Shown here piece by piece: positions 46,767-61,280 of a stretch of DNA of 64,000 nt; within the stretch, counting starts at the first letter, position 1, and each line of letters opens with the position of its first letter. The notes beneath the pieces were generated by a model. It made no database searches. It saw only the letters and a list, made by a program, of their open reading frames with translations, and was not told the DNA's origin. Made by a program: the position numbers and the translations under genes. This DNA comes from Octopus vulgaris (taxonomy: Eukaryota). The stretch lies in NCBI GenBank assembly GCA_951406725.2, contig OX597814.1, positions 65,968,001 to 66,032,000 of the forward strand, in the 5' to 3' direction.

Positions 46767-47774
46767 TTGATATATATATATATATATATATATCGAGAGA
46801 GAGAGAGAGAGGTATGTACATATGCAAGCACACATACACCCACGCATATACATACGAATGTATGTATTTGTGTGTCTGTATGTCACCCCACCATCGCTTG
46901 ATAACTAATGTTGATGCGATTATGCCCCTGTAACTTGGCGGTTCGGAAAAAAGAGGCGATAGAATAAATACAAAGCTTCCAAAGAATAATTCCTGGCATT
47001 GATTTGTTCAAATAAAAGACGGTGCTCTAGTATGGTCTATCGTCTTTTGAAATATATTGGATGGGAGGTCGTGTTGCTGGTTTTGCCAATAAAAACACAA
47101 GCACTATTTATTTGATGTTCACTATTTGTTTTTCAGGTTTTTGTTCGACCAGAGTTCTTTCGTTACAATTCAGTGGCCTTAAACGTGGTCCTTTACTTTC
47201 TTCTTTTTTCTTTCTTGTGTCTGCCCTTTTTAATCATCTGCCATGTTGTAATCCACAGAAATTCAAAATCTTTCTCTATCTCACTCTTTATGCCTGTGTA
47301 TGTATACATATATAATATGTGTTCATACTCAGCGGTCAACATTTGGCCGATATTGTCTTAATTTTCTATCCTGCTCCTCTCGGCTTCTTTCCCCTCCTGT
47401 TTGCAAAACATTCCCTATCTATTTCTACTTGTCTTTCTCTTCACATATCTGCTTCTTTTCTCTCTTTACTCATCTTCATTTCTTCCTCTTATCACTTTCA
47501 ACTACATCCTGTCTACCTTTATTTCCACATTCCCTCTTTCTTCCTAATTGTTCTTTCTTCCCCAATTTTCTCTACTCCTGTTGATCTACCTCTCCCTTCA
47601 ATTTTTGGTGCCACATAACTATCCAATATTTTTAAGACTCCTTAAATTCGGTTAGCCAAGACGTTTTTTCTTCAATCAGCTGTTTACCTTATCATTTCAA
47701 TTTTGATTCTGTTTTACCTCATATCCTAGTACCTCTGGAATACATGCATCAAGATTTTTCGGTTAAACTAAAAC

Positions 47775-48140
47775 GTTTGACCCGGTCATAAAAACAAAAA
47801 GAAATAGTGCAATAGGTGTAAAACAACTTGCTCTAAACGAATATGACAAAAAAAATGCGCACTCACGAAAGGGGTGTGGGGAGAGGACTCGGAAAATTCG
47901 CATCGGGAATTTCCGAAAGCGTCTGACCCGGACACAAAAACAAAAAAAAATAGTGTAATAGGTGTAAAACAACTTGCTCTAAACGAATATGACAAAAAAG
48001 ATGCGCGCTCGCGAAAGGGGGGTGGGGGAGAGGACTCGGAAAATTCACATCTTCAGTCCATGGCTTTTAAACTATAGTGTTTGACCCGGGCCGGAAAAAA
48101 ATAGTGTAATTGGTGTAAAACTACTTGTTCTAAACGATTA
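47775..48140. repeat. ~145-bp tandem repeat, about 2.5 copies, inside the hAT element
   Basis: tgacccgg...aaatagtgtaataggtgtaaaacaacttgctctaaacga recurs at about 47778, 47923 and 48082. Confidence 0.85.
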
Positions 48141-48299
48141 TCAAGAACATACACACACACACACACACACACACATGCCATAATGCATGTACATAAAAAA
48201 TATACGATGAAAACACTTTGCATATCTTCATGAAACGTTTCATTATCAAAACGTGTGAGCGTAGGAAAACTTTTGGAATATGTTGATACAGTTTTCTTT

Positions 48300-49350
48300 A
48301 TATACGTGGGAATTATGGAGTGATGCAAAAACTCGGCTTACTTCCATTTTAACACTTCTTATAGCTTCATTATTTCTTTCTTGGTAAACTGACATTTGAA
48401 TGTTCAAAGAAAACTTCAAAAGTAACTATTAGGGACTTCTCTTGAAGATTAACAAAATTTGGCATCGTGTTGTTATCAAGTACCTGTAAAAAAAGGATTC
48501 AGTCAACAAGGACATGTTAATATATCGGAGGATGATGCTCCAGTTTTATCAACGGTGCAAAAGTGATTAACTGGTTTGAGCAGTATTAATTTTGAGAAGA
48601 CTAATGATCCGAACAGTCTGCAACTGCCTCCACCGGAGAAAAATAATAAATTGCCAATGTTATTAGCATATCACGTGTGAGAGCTGAGAATATTCTACAC
48701 AATAAATTTGGCATGATGAAAGTTTCTGCTTGATGGGTGTTGCCTCTTCTGACACCTGATTAAAAGGGCACCTGGCTGATGAAATTTCGAGAATATCTGA
48801 CATTGCTTGAGGCAAATCCAGTTTGCTTAAATGTGTTGGATTCATCATTTTGAGTTAGAGAATAAGAGATAATCTAACCGTGGAGACACTCCTCAACACT
48901 TACTCTAAAGAAGGTCATTTAATCTGCAGGGAACGTGATGGCCTCAGTATTTTGGATTACAAAAAAGCATCGTGTTTATTGACTACTTTCAAAAGGCTCT
49001 CACCATCAATGGAGAGTGCTGTACTGTGCCACCTTTCTAAGGCAGTTGCGAAAGGCTATCAAGGCCAAATGCAAGGAAAACAAATACTTTCATCGAAACA
49101 AATACTCCAGTGCACAAGTAACTGGTTTCGATGGCTGCTGTTTGTGATTGGCTTTGAACTGCTTAGCCACACTCTCTACTTTAGGGATTTGACCTCATCT
49201 TATTATCTATATCCCCTTCATATAAAACAAACAAAAAATACTCGGTTAGGAACCAATATCATAGTGATGATGTCTTATCAGCTGTTGAAAACTTGTTTAA
49301 CTAACAGGATAGCTTCTTTTCCAAGGCAATCAAAGCTATGAATTGCTGAA
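48300..49350 (+). mobile_element. Decayed mariner transposase
   Basis: Fragments WHRVVIKYL, EDDAP..STVQK, SAGNVMASVFW, VFIDYFQK..TINGE, GFELL.H..Y..DL; many disruptions. Confidence 0.8.
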
Positions 49351-50113
49351 AGATGTATGTAGAAGATCTTTTCTGTTTGATTTTCACTTTTCAATTGCTT
49401 CAATTTTGTTCCAGTTTCAAAAATTTGTATTGTTCACATGAACTAAACCAACAGTATGTTTATCCAACATTTCATAAAACTTCCATCGTTGAATGTTTTA
49501 ACATTGTAATGTTGTCACCTTGTACAAAATGCCAGCTTCCACATCTTGTTCTCTGATTGAGGGAAAAATGATCAAACTTTAAACCTCTGTCACAGTTTTC
49601 TAAATTTTTTCTGGAATAAGTGAATAGCATCAGATTCAACGTGGAAAATTACACCAATGTATCAAATTTGAAACTTTTTGCTTAATTTCAAAATTTCTGA
49701 AGGTGAAATCCAGCAGAAAAGATCCTAATATTTAATAATGAACTTCATTTGGTTACATTCCATCAGAATATATTGGTCAGCCTGTTAATTTTCCAGTCGA
49801 TCCTCATAATAATAAAAGTTATTATTATTGAACATTTGTTTGTTTTGATACCCAAATTAGAAAACTTCACCTTGTTTGTAAAAATTTTGGGTACTGCAGG
49901 AGAAGTGTGGACCTGAGTTCTGAGAGTGCGCATGTCACTAATTTGCGCGTGCGCACGCGTTAGTTGTAAGTAGTCGATTTTAGCTCACAAGGCAAACGAC
50001 GAGACGCGCGGATGTGCGCTACTAGTTGATTTTAACACAGAGGTAAACAACGAGATACCAAATTTTAGAACTGAGTTTGCACCCCCTAAGTAAATTTTGT
50101 TCCCGGGCCATTG

Positions 50114-50934
<821 letters not shown>

Positions 50935-50951
50935 CTAGCTAGCTAGCTAGC

Positions 50952-51072
<121 letters not shown>

Positions 51073-52614
51073 GAATTAGATAGATGTGATATAAAAATTC
51101 ATATGATTTTGCAAGCTTGTGATTGATGCAGTTGTTGTCTTGATTTAGAATATACAAAAGTATGTCTACAAAGAAATGGAAAATTTTCTTGCAGAAAACT
51201 TCCTTTAATCAGCCCCAGATGGACAAAAGAGAAATTTGATCACAGCTAGATTTGAAATTTAACAGATTACCGGAAAACAAATCTGTCCGTTTTTGTACTT
51301 TATGTTGATCGACCGCGCTTATTAATCTATGAATATATATAACAAATAAACCGCATTAACATATTGATTTAGCCAAAATTTTCTAAACTGTAAACTGTTT
51401 GAAATGGGTGGTGTTGTTGAATCCGCTCTACGTTTGATTCTGACAAATAGTTAACCTTTTCTCAGAAATGTCAAACACTTTGCTAAGATACATTTATTGA
51501 ATGACAAATTACCATTTGTAATATCCAACATTCTTCTGTGTCAATCTTCTTGATCTTTTTCATGATTGACTATTCAAGAGTCATGCACTATAATCAAGCG
51601 ATTCACCCTTTAGATTATGACTAAGCCAATACCAAGCTAAAGTGGCTTTAGTAGTCGATGAGTTGGGAGCGCTAAAGACTGGGGTATTGACATTAAATAA
51701 TGTTTTCCAGCGTCTCAACATTTTGATGAGATGCAGTCCTTTGTCAAGTGAGGACTAGGTTTTGGCACCTGGTATCTGGAATATTGATAGATGTTTGCAG
51801 GTAATGTCAACGGAACTATATGAAACCCTTCACTCAATAAATCATTGTACAGTAGACAAGAGCGACGGTGTACAGGTGCGTACACATTTGTAAAGAATAA
51901 TTGAAAAGTTTATTTCGGAATACATTCAGCCCTAGGGCTACGGACAACATTCAGACATTTCTGACCTGGATGTTCAGATATCATGTCTACAGAATTTCTC
52001 TCCGAATTGTGTGCAGAGTGACCAAACTGTTGTGTGCACTCTCATTCAATATCCAAGAATTGGCAACTGTGTAGTTTTGTTGAACAGTTCTTTTCGCATA
52101 AAAGTTTGATCAAACTGCAAAATGGTTTTAAAGCCACTCTGCAGCTGGACAGAGTACTTCATGCCTACCCAGTAACTATGGTGTGCACATTAAAAAAGAT
52201 TAAAGACAAAATCTTATTCCGCTAAGCACTCATCAACTTCTTCAACTTTAACTTAGAAAGGAAAGTGAGGTTCAAGAAGGAAATGCTGACATCCAGATTT
52301 CCCCTTTCCAGTGAAATTGTTGGAAAGTGGGTGAAAGTAGCAAGCATAGCAAGAGTGAATGGGCCTACTTTCATCATGCATCAGAGAATCCAGCTGGAAA
52401 ACAGCTAGATTTGACAGATATGGTCGTCCAGAATGTGTTAATCTTAATTGTCTGTTACCATATAGGCATGTTTCATTTCTTTTCCCTTGTAATTCCTCAT
52501 GTCAGTTCTTTCATACACAATTTTGTATAAACACTCCCAACCGTTTTCCAACTTGACTTTTTAATAACATCACATCCGTGACTTTATTAGTAAACATAGA
52601 AATTATTATCATTA

Positions 52615-53622
52615 TGAATTGTTCTTTTCAGTTTTGTGTCAATTTCTTGCCATGTGTCTTCCCGACTTCTTATGACAAAGAAACTCACTCTTTAAGCCAT
52701 TAAACTGAACACACCAGATTGATCATTTTCAAAATAAAATGGAGTTGTAGGAACAAAAAAATTAAAACATGTGAGTTGTAATCGTTCTCACATCGACAGT
52801 GTTCTCAATACGTGTGACGTACCAGTTAAGACAATCTTTTGCAATTCTTACAGGGATGATAAGGGATAGTAATAATTTTCACTTCATTTTTGATCATTCC
52901 ATGTGCTCCTACAATCAGTGGTGCAGTAAGCACCCTGCGATGCCAATTTTTTTTCAATTTCAATGAACAAAGCCTTATTCCTGAGCTTGTCAAATTCTTT
53001 TGCCGAGATATGTCACAAAGAATACTCATGTCGATCAATAAACAAACTTTATTGTTTGGTCTTTCACAATAACCAGTTTATTAGCTCTCATGGTTCTGTC
53101 TGTACATACAGTTACAGCCTCAGGGTGGCGCTTATACCATTTCTCAACAGTATTAATTTTATAACACCGACATATTAACCAGTGTATATATTGGACAAAT
53201 CTGTCTTGTCTTTAATTATACTCCACTGGTGCCAAACCTTTCCCTCCAGATATTACGTGGTCCACTGCTTCAATAACATCATTGCAGAATCTACTCCAAT
53301 TTTTATCGCGTTCTAATCTTGAGCAGCTAAGATGAAACCTTCGATCTCCCCTTTTAGTCCTGAGCTCCGTAGCCACTGGCGGTTGTGCTTCTGGTTTACA
53401 TCAGCTTGTTTGCTACGGGCCACGTATTTGCTATACTGAGGTTTCTCCTCTCACCTATCAATCAACTGCTCACGCACATTCTCTTTGCCATTAATTTCAA
53501 CTTCTTTGCAACATCTACCGGACTTCCCTCAAGGTTGTTCAGCTTGGGTATCATGCATAAGATCAGCAGTAAATTTTTGGTCTCCTTTATGACAGAATGA
53601 AACTCCTTACGCCTCTCGTGAT
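52615..53622 (-). mobile_element. R4/Dong family B copy 3, decayed
   Basis: Nucleotide homology to 21540-22625 (gtgtcttcccgact 3' UTR; LLIDMSI.CD; IVGA.GMIK; cctgagctccg). Confidence 0.88.
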
Positions 53623-53666
53623 TGTCATCATCATCATCATTATCATCATCGTCGTCGTCGTCGTCG

Positions 53667-53696
<30 letters not shown>

Positions 53697-53697
<1 letters not shown>

Positions 53698-55070
53698 TCA
53701 GTATTTTTATTTTTATAACGCGCTTTCACTTCACTACCGAGCGCGGCTCTGTGTGCCTTGGGTATGTGTTGTGATTTGTTGTGATGCTCTGATGGCTACT
53801 GTATTGAAAGTGTTCTGCGTAGGATGTGTGCAGTACATAGTAGTGCAATTTTCTGTATGTTATATGTGTTTGTAAGTCCTGGTGTTTTTGCTACGTATTT
53901 GTCTGAATATTTTTTTATCAGGCCTAATGCACCTACTATGAGAAGAATTGTTTCTGTTTTTAGATTTCACATTCTAGTTACCTCTATTTCCAGATCTTTG
54001 TATTTTGAAAGTTTCTCCATTTCTTTTAGAGACACGTTGTCATCTGCTGGTATTGATACATCAATTAGAAAGCATTATTATTTTTTTTTTTCCTTCATGA
54101 TCTCTGACAACCATGTCTGGTCTGTCGGCCTTAGGTTCTCTATCAGTGTGTATTGGTATATCCCAGAGCATAGTTGCTTTCTCGTTTTCTGTGACCATCT
54201 TTTTTTCTGTTGTTATTTCATGTTGGCATAGCTTCCAGTGTATGTAGGTCCCATCTCTGTCGTGTCTGTGAATATATTCCTTCTTAGCCAGGACTGGGTA
54301 GCCAGAGATAATATGATTTATTGTTTCTTGTCTATCTCCACATATTCTGCAATTACTTGTTATATTTCTTTTCATTACATGTTTTGCTAATTTCTGGTGG
54401 GGAATCTTTGGTCTTGTGCTGCAATTAAAAATCCCTCTGTCTCTGCTTTGAGTCCTGAGCTTCTTAAGCATTGCTGGGACTTTTCTTTGTCTATTTCTTT
54501 TGCATTTAGTTTAGTCCAGTACTTGTCTTGAAGGGGCTTTTCTTGCCATCGTTTTATCATGGTTCTTTGCTGTTCTAGTTTTAGTTTTGATTTCATTTGT
54601 TTTATAGCTTTTGTTGTGTTTTCTTCTTCTTCTTCTTCTTCTTCTTCTTCTTCTTCTTCTTCTTCTTCTTCTTCTTCTTCTTCTTCTTCTTCTTCTTCTT
54701 CTTCTTCTTCTTCTTCTTCTTCTTCTTCTTCTTCTTCATATCTGTTAGGTGGTATGAATTCTTGTTTGTATTTGTCAGCTTCCTTAAATACTGAGAACAA
54801 TTTTTTGTGTTGCTCGTGTTTTACCGCTATTTGTATCAGTTTTCCTCGCTTCTGAAGTAGGTATTTTTGCAGTCCTATGGTGGTTATTTTATACTAGTTT
54901 TCCAGCCTTCTATACGTTGTATATATAGCCTTTCTATGTCAGATTTTGGGTGACCTCTTTAGTCGTTATGGGGGTCCAAAGTTGCTCAGATGCTAAGTTT
55001 GTAGCTCAGTGATATTGCTATTTGTTTCAGTGGCTATTAGTTCCGTGATGGCTAGGTTTATGCTATTTAA
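53697..55070 (-). mobile_element. R4/Dong family A copy 5, internally deleted, expanded (GAA)n
   Basis: ORFs 54387-54800 and 54061-54471 are near-identical to 20400-21050; family A 3' UTR at 53697-53797. Confidence 0.93.
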
Positions 55071-55149
55071 TATTTATTATTATTATTATTATTGTTGTTG
55101 TTGTTGTTATCATTATTATTATTACTGTTATTGTTATTGTTGGTGTTTG

Positions 55150-57590
55150 TTCTGGTGAGAGTGGACAGAAGCCTGCTACCAGAGGTCTCACAGGATCTCT
55201 TTCCACACATCATAAGCTTTGATTCTTGATTGTTAATTATCATGGAAAACATTCAGCATCCAAGAACCAATCTCAAAATCCTAGTGGTCCCCAATAGATA
55301 GGTTTTGGGGGCTTGTTTTGCTCTCATGTCAATTCCGATTTCTTTGACATATTTCTCGAACTTGGTTGTTTGTGCTCCGAATGCCCGTACAACTATTGCA
55401 ATGACTGATACTCTCCTAATAGTCCACATTCTTGCAATTTTGTCTGTACTTTTCAATATTTGTCACATATGCGTGCATCTCCATATATTGCAATATCTAT
55501 GATCTTGGTTTCTTTTTTTCGTTTATCAACCACAATATCTGGTCTCCGAGCCTCGACCAGGGAGTCAGCTGGAATTGTAAAATTCCACAGTATCTTATGT
55601 TCCTTGTTCTCGGTGACTCCTTCTGGTTCATGTTCGTATCATTTCCGTGCTCTGTTCAGGCTGTGCATAGCCTCCCGTGGACGAACTTAGCCATGTTATT
55701 GTTTACTCTTTTTTCTTCTTGTTTCTTAAATTTTTGTTGGTGCATCACATTTTCGGTAGGTATTATATTGTTAATTCTAACAGCGGTAAGCAAGGATTCA
55801 CACTGCTGTTTGATCTACCATCCCAGACTGTTCTTGTCGTTGACAACACAGATCTTGCATCCTATGAGACCTCTTCCACTCCTGTTTCTAGGCACATGCA
55901 GTCTGTCAGTATCACATTTGGGCTGTAGTCTCTTGTTAATTTCCTCACTTTTCTAGTTTGTCTCTTCGTATTATAAGCATACCACAATTTTTTGTCCCAA
56001 ATTCCATTCCGATATCCTTACTTAATATCTGCTCCGTTGAGGCCATTTATTTCTCGTTCGGTCTTTCCAAAAATCTTTAAATCATTCATATATAACAGAT
56101 GATTTAATTTTCCTCCACTTTACAAAGTGTACTCCATAGTATCTGTGTCAGGGGTATCATACAACTCACAAACATCAATGGTAATAGGCTGTCTCGTTGA
56201 AATATGCCTCTCTTGATGTTAAAGTTCACCAAAACTTTTCCACATAAAGTTAACTCTGTATTCCTGTTTTTCATTGATCTCCTAATACAATTTGATATGT
56301 TATCAAACACGTGTACCAGCTCAAGACTTTCTAAAATCCAGGAATTGGGAACGTCATACGCATTCTTACAATCGATCCATGCCATGCCCAGATTAGTAAG
56401 TCTCTTTTTTTGCAGTTGTTCAGTACCATTCTGTATATCAAAAGTTTGTCTTTTGTCTTCGGCTTTTCCTTTTGCACCATTTCTAATCCACTGGCAGTTT
56501 GTCATTCATTCCCAGGAAGTTATACACATAATTAGATGTTATTCCTGTCATCAGCTTCCACATTAGGGGCAGACAGGTGATAGGCCGGTAATTATCTACT
56601 CCATTTCTTCTGCAAGGGATCTTTTTGGCAAAGAATTGTTTCACCTGTGGTCAGCCTCTTAAGGATTTGTACACCTTTGTTGATCATTTTATCCATTTGC
56701 GTGGCTATTCTTTTGTGTAGTGCTGGAAATTTACCCCATCTGATTCTGGGCATTTCTAGTTTGGAATCTTTGTTGTCTGCCTGGTTGCAATTTCAATCGT
56801 CATTCTGATATTGCTCTATTTCACTTGATATTTTTCCGACCTTAATTTCTTCAACCATTTAGAATCCTTGTTATGTTTTCTTCCATTATCTCAGATGTTA
56901 CTCCAAAATCTTCTACTTTCTTCAGTGTCTGATCTCTCACTGCTGTTAACCTTTCCATTCAGCTGTTGATTAAACCCTTATGTCGTCTTGTTGGAACAAT
57001 CTGTTGATTTTACATTGTTCAATTATTTGGTCATATCTCTTGATTTTTGTCCCTTTAGCCTGTTTCAGCTCTTCATGAACTACATTTAACCCCATTTTCT
57101 TTATCCTATATCTACGTTCTAGTTTCTGTTATTTCTCCTCTCTCTTGATTTCACCTTTTTTTTTTCTTTCAGAGTTGTTGATATGTTATCGTAGTTCGTT
57201 CGTTGATTGTTTTATTCTTCCTTTCAGACAAAGTTCTTTTCCTTCATTCCCACATTTACGGTTTGGTTCGAGACCTACTTTAATTCCTATGTAGATGATG
57301 CAGGCCTTAATCAATCTATCCATTTCGTTTATATTATTTGTCTTAATTTCTTTCAGTATTTTGTTTCCCTTCAGGGTCCACCCCTTGAGCAAATTTCTAT
57401 CTACTCTTCTGAATCCATTTCTTTCCATTTCCAGGTTTTTCTCAATGATACTAGTTATGACTTCGATCATTCCTTTTTTTTCAATATTTAGTCCTCTGTA
57501 CTCAGGACTTGAGATATTATACTTCTCCTGATTACTCTCATTAAGTGCAGTATCGTCAGCATTCCCTGTATCTACTTCTGCATCGCTCTC
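55150..57590 (-). mobile_element. R4/Dong family D, decayed
   Basis: LGMAWIDCKNAYD, GIFQRDSLLPL, RRPDIVV, IVVRAFG, LLGTTRILRLVL; flanked by (TAA)n-type tracts. Confidence 0.88.
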
Positions 57591-57699
<109 letters not shown>

Positions 57700-57804
57700 T
57701 TAATATTATTATTATTATTGTTGTTGTTGTTGTTGTTGTTGTTGTTATTATTATTATTAATGTTGTTGTTGTTGTTGTTGTTATTATTATTATTATCATT
57801 TTTA

Positions 57805-58405
57805 ATAGGTAAAAGTGCACCGGAGTCTTTAGTCATTTGTCAAGTCACAAGGACCTCAGACAAATAATACTTTCCTTAAGATGTGCACTGTGCCCAATAA
57901 GGCTGCCTTTTGCTAGACATCAATCTTGCATGGGATTTCCAGTTGCCTTAAGAAGTTTTGAAGTTTCAATGGGATTGAGCCCAACGCTCCGATCACCACT
58001 AGTATCACTTTTACATTATCCTCTCGCATTCCATATAGTCTTGCCATTCCCACTTTCAGTTCGTTGTACTTGGTTATTTTTCAACCTCTTTACTCACAAC
58101 ATTCATGTCATTTGGTATGGCTACATCAATGATCTGACAGTATTTGTCTTTCTTATTCAGTATGACAATATCCGACCGACGGTGTTCGATTACACGATCC
58201 GTCTGAAAATCATAGTCCCAGAGTATCGTTACTTTTCCATCCTCCTGCATAACTTTACTTGGTACATGCTCATACTAGTTCTCTGTTAATCCATATTGGT
58301 ATTTACAGCATAAGAGCCAATGAAGATACACACACACGTTATCATGGCGGCGCTTGTATTCTTTTTGTGCAAAGACCTCACATCCACTTACCAAGTGGTT
58401 CACAT
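57805..58405 (-). mobile_element. R4/Dong family E, 5'-truncated RLE end
   Basis: VNHLVSGCEVFAQKEYKRRHDNVCVYLHW; HRRSDIVIL; VIGALG; LLGTVHILRKV. Confidence 0.85.
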
Positions 58406-58424
58406 TATTGTTTTTATTATTATT

Positions 58425-58910
58425 ATTGAGAGAGAGAGAGAGAGCAGTGCATGCCATCAAAGTGACACTGGGGTACAATCATACAAAGCCCAGTATACCC
58501 ATCATGACTACCCGCCTGATAAGGGTACACTAAGCACATGCATCACAACCATATGTGCGCGACATGGTGATCTCATAACAAGATAAACAGCGCATGACCT
58601 TGTGGGTGGGGTCCAGTTAGAATTTTCTTCTGGTTGAGTAGCCCATCCCGCTCAAAAGGTCCCTGAATAAGGGTTGTTTAAGGATGTTGAACAAAGCACC
58701 CATGTTTCCAAAGGTGAATTATTCAAACCCCAAAGAACTCCTCTCAACACATGGCTATGATGCTTCCCCACTACTTCTGCTCGTGATCAGAGATGCACGT
58801 ATCGTCAGCCACTAAGGGACGTGCTCAACTGGTTAAGATCAAACAACTGATAAGCAAATCTGTGGTATTGAGCAGAATATTTGCTGTAGCCCATCTTTTA
58901 TACCAAGACA
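58425..58910 (-). mobile_element. Putative Dong-dependent non-autonomous element, copy 2 (5'-truncated)
   Basis: Homologous to 24175-24645; lacks the distal ~65 nt; flanked by (ATT)n. Confidence 0.7.
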
Positions 58911-58932
58911 TTATATTATTATTATTATTATA

Positions 58933-59029
<97 letters not shown>

Positions 59030-59039
59030 CTTTTATTAT

Positions 59040-59215
59040 TATTCAGTAGTTTTATTTTTATAGCGTGCTTTCACTTCACTACCGAGCGTGTGCCTTGGGT
59101 ATGTGCTGTGATTTGTTGTGATGTTCTGATGGTTACTGTAGGATGTGTGCAGTGCCTAGTAGTGCAATTGTCTGTATGTTATATGTGTTTGTAAGACCTG
59201 GTGTTTTTGTTATTT
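59040..59215 (-). mobile_element. R4/Dong family A 3'-terminal stub
   Basis: Family A 3' UTR plus KTPGLTNTYNIQTIALLGTAHIL. Confidence 0.9.
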
Positions 59216-59248
59216 ATAATAATAATAATTATTATTATTATTATTATT

Positions 59249-59329
<81 letters not shown>

Positions 59330-59349
59330 TTCATCATCATCATCATCAT

Positions 59350-61200
59350 TAGCTTTTGCTTTGTATTTGTACAAGTGGACTCCAAGTCTGACACAGAGAC
59401 CTCAAGAGATAACAAGTTAGAAGTTCAAGTTGGTGTTATGCCTTGGGGGTCATATATTTTGTTTTGCACATAGTATTGTTTTAGAGAATGTTTAAGAAAA
59501 CAAGAAAATTACAAGTTTGTTTTAAAATTTGATATTACATTGACAGTATTTTACGTAGGATATGGACAGTTCCCATGAGCGCTGTATGTTTTGAATTTCT
59601 GCCATTTTGGGGTTTCCCGGTATCTGAGCTAGATAGAAATCAGCGCCTTTTGCTATCATTCCTAAGGCACCTATGACAATAAGTATTGTTTTAGCCTTGA
59701 GGTTCCACATTTTGCTAATTTCTATATCAAGTTCTTTATAACTTGCTCAGTTTTTGGTAGGCCTTGACAGATACATTTATGTCGAATAAATGTCAAATAA
59801 ATGAGGAGGTATGGTTTTTGTCTGAAGTCCTTCAATATAATGTCTGGCCTATTCGCATCTATGTTTCTGTTAGTTTGGACGGTGAAGTTCCAGAGGAGTA
59901 AGATGTGATCATTTTCAAGCACTGGAGGTGATTTGTATTCCCAACAGTTTTTCGTATGGGGATGGTCCAGGTTTTTGCAAATTATGCAGTAAATATACTG
60001 TTATGCTCTATCATGCCAGTTGAGATACTCTGTAGGCACAAGAAGATCGCACACGGAGGCAACATGATCAATGGCTTCATTTTGTTGTTTACATACACGA
60101 TATGTTGGGCTACTGCTGTTCTTCATTAATATGTTGACCTGGTAGTTCCTTGTAAGTAGGCATAGATCTTCGGCTGCTATGATAAACACTTCTGTTTCTG
60201 ATTTTAAGCTAGAGGGCAAGAACCATTGATGGGCAAGGGCTTTGTCAACATCGGTATTATTAGCTCTCTTTGAGTATTTGCCATTGAGAAGTTTTTCTTG
60301 CCATTTATCAGTAAGAATATCCAAGGCAGCAGTTTTAGCACGGCTTTTCATACGCTTAGCTTTTTCTGTACTTGTTTCCAGTACATCTAATTCTTGGATT
60401 TGTTGTACTTGGAATTCATTTAGATATTCTTTGCCTGTTTTGTTACTGAGTATGAAGCTTTCTTCTTTCATCAAAGTTTTTAGGTAGGTATTGAAGCCAA
60501 TTTTGGCGATCTTCATTGTTAGTTCCAGTTGTAAAATTCCACGGCCACTCTCTTTTCATGGCAGGTAATGTCGTTCTATATTTTCCTTAGGGTGGTGCAT
60601 TCTATGTATTGTTAACAATTATCGCAATTATGATTACATATTTCAGTAACTGACCAGTTAATGATATTGAAACTGTACGTCACGACCGGTATTACTAAAG
60701 TATTGTTCGCTTCAATCTTGTTTCTTGCATTCAGCTGTCTTGAGTATTGCCCTTACCCCGCGATAACATTCTCTTCTGGTCCTTTCCCACATCATTGAAT
60801 GTTTGATTCTATCGCCTTCAAATACCCCTAGGTGTTTGTAGCTCTCCGCTGGTTCTAACTCCTTTATGACATTCTGCTGCTCAAGATTAACGTCGGATGT
60901 ATCTGTCATTTTTCTTTTGATAAAAGTACCTTTTGCATAATTGTCGAGGTCAGCAATTGCTAGTAAGCCCTGTTGTTGCTGGTCATTTTTTGCAAAGAGC
61001 TTCAAATCATCCATGTAAAAGAGATGATTTATATTTTTATCAAACATTTTATAGTCATATTGTACATCATCGAGCAATTTCGCGAGAGGCGTTTAGGAAA
61101 AAAAAATAAAAAAGAAGTGATTATAGAGTCACCCTGCAAAATGCCACTTGAAATTCTTACATCTCCAGCATTGAGAGGTTCATTCTCATACTTACAGACA
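59350..61200 (-). mobile_element. R4/Dong family F, decayed, 5'-truncated in RT
   Basis: GILQGDS, HLFYMDDLKLFAK, LKSETE, ANRPDIIL, MWNLK...IVIGALG. Confidence 0.9.

Positions 61201-61280
<80 letters not shown>

Larger units (their letters stand above)
44051..50113. mobile_element. hAT-type DNA transposon (6063 bp, non-autonomous, with nested insertions)
   Basis: TIR caagggcccggga / tcccgggccattg (12 of 13 match); exact 8-bp TSD cactcaag at 44043-44050 and 50114-50121; subterminal tgcaccccct motifs at both ends. Confidence 0.9.

Noticed and set aside
47775-48140. CRISPR-like array
   Set aside because: Units are ~145-bp tandem duplications without unique spacers; eukaryotic context and no cas genes.
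51870-52360. Possible old Tc1-like 5' end (tacaggtg...FVEQFF)
   Set aside because: Too decayed; no catalytic motif or partner TIR found.
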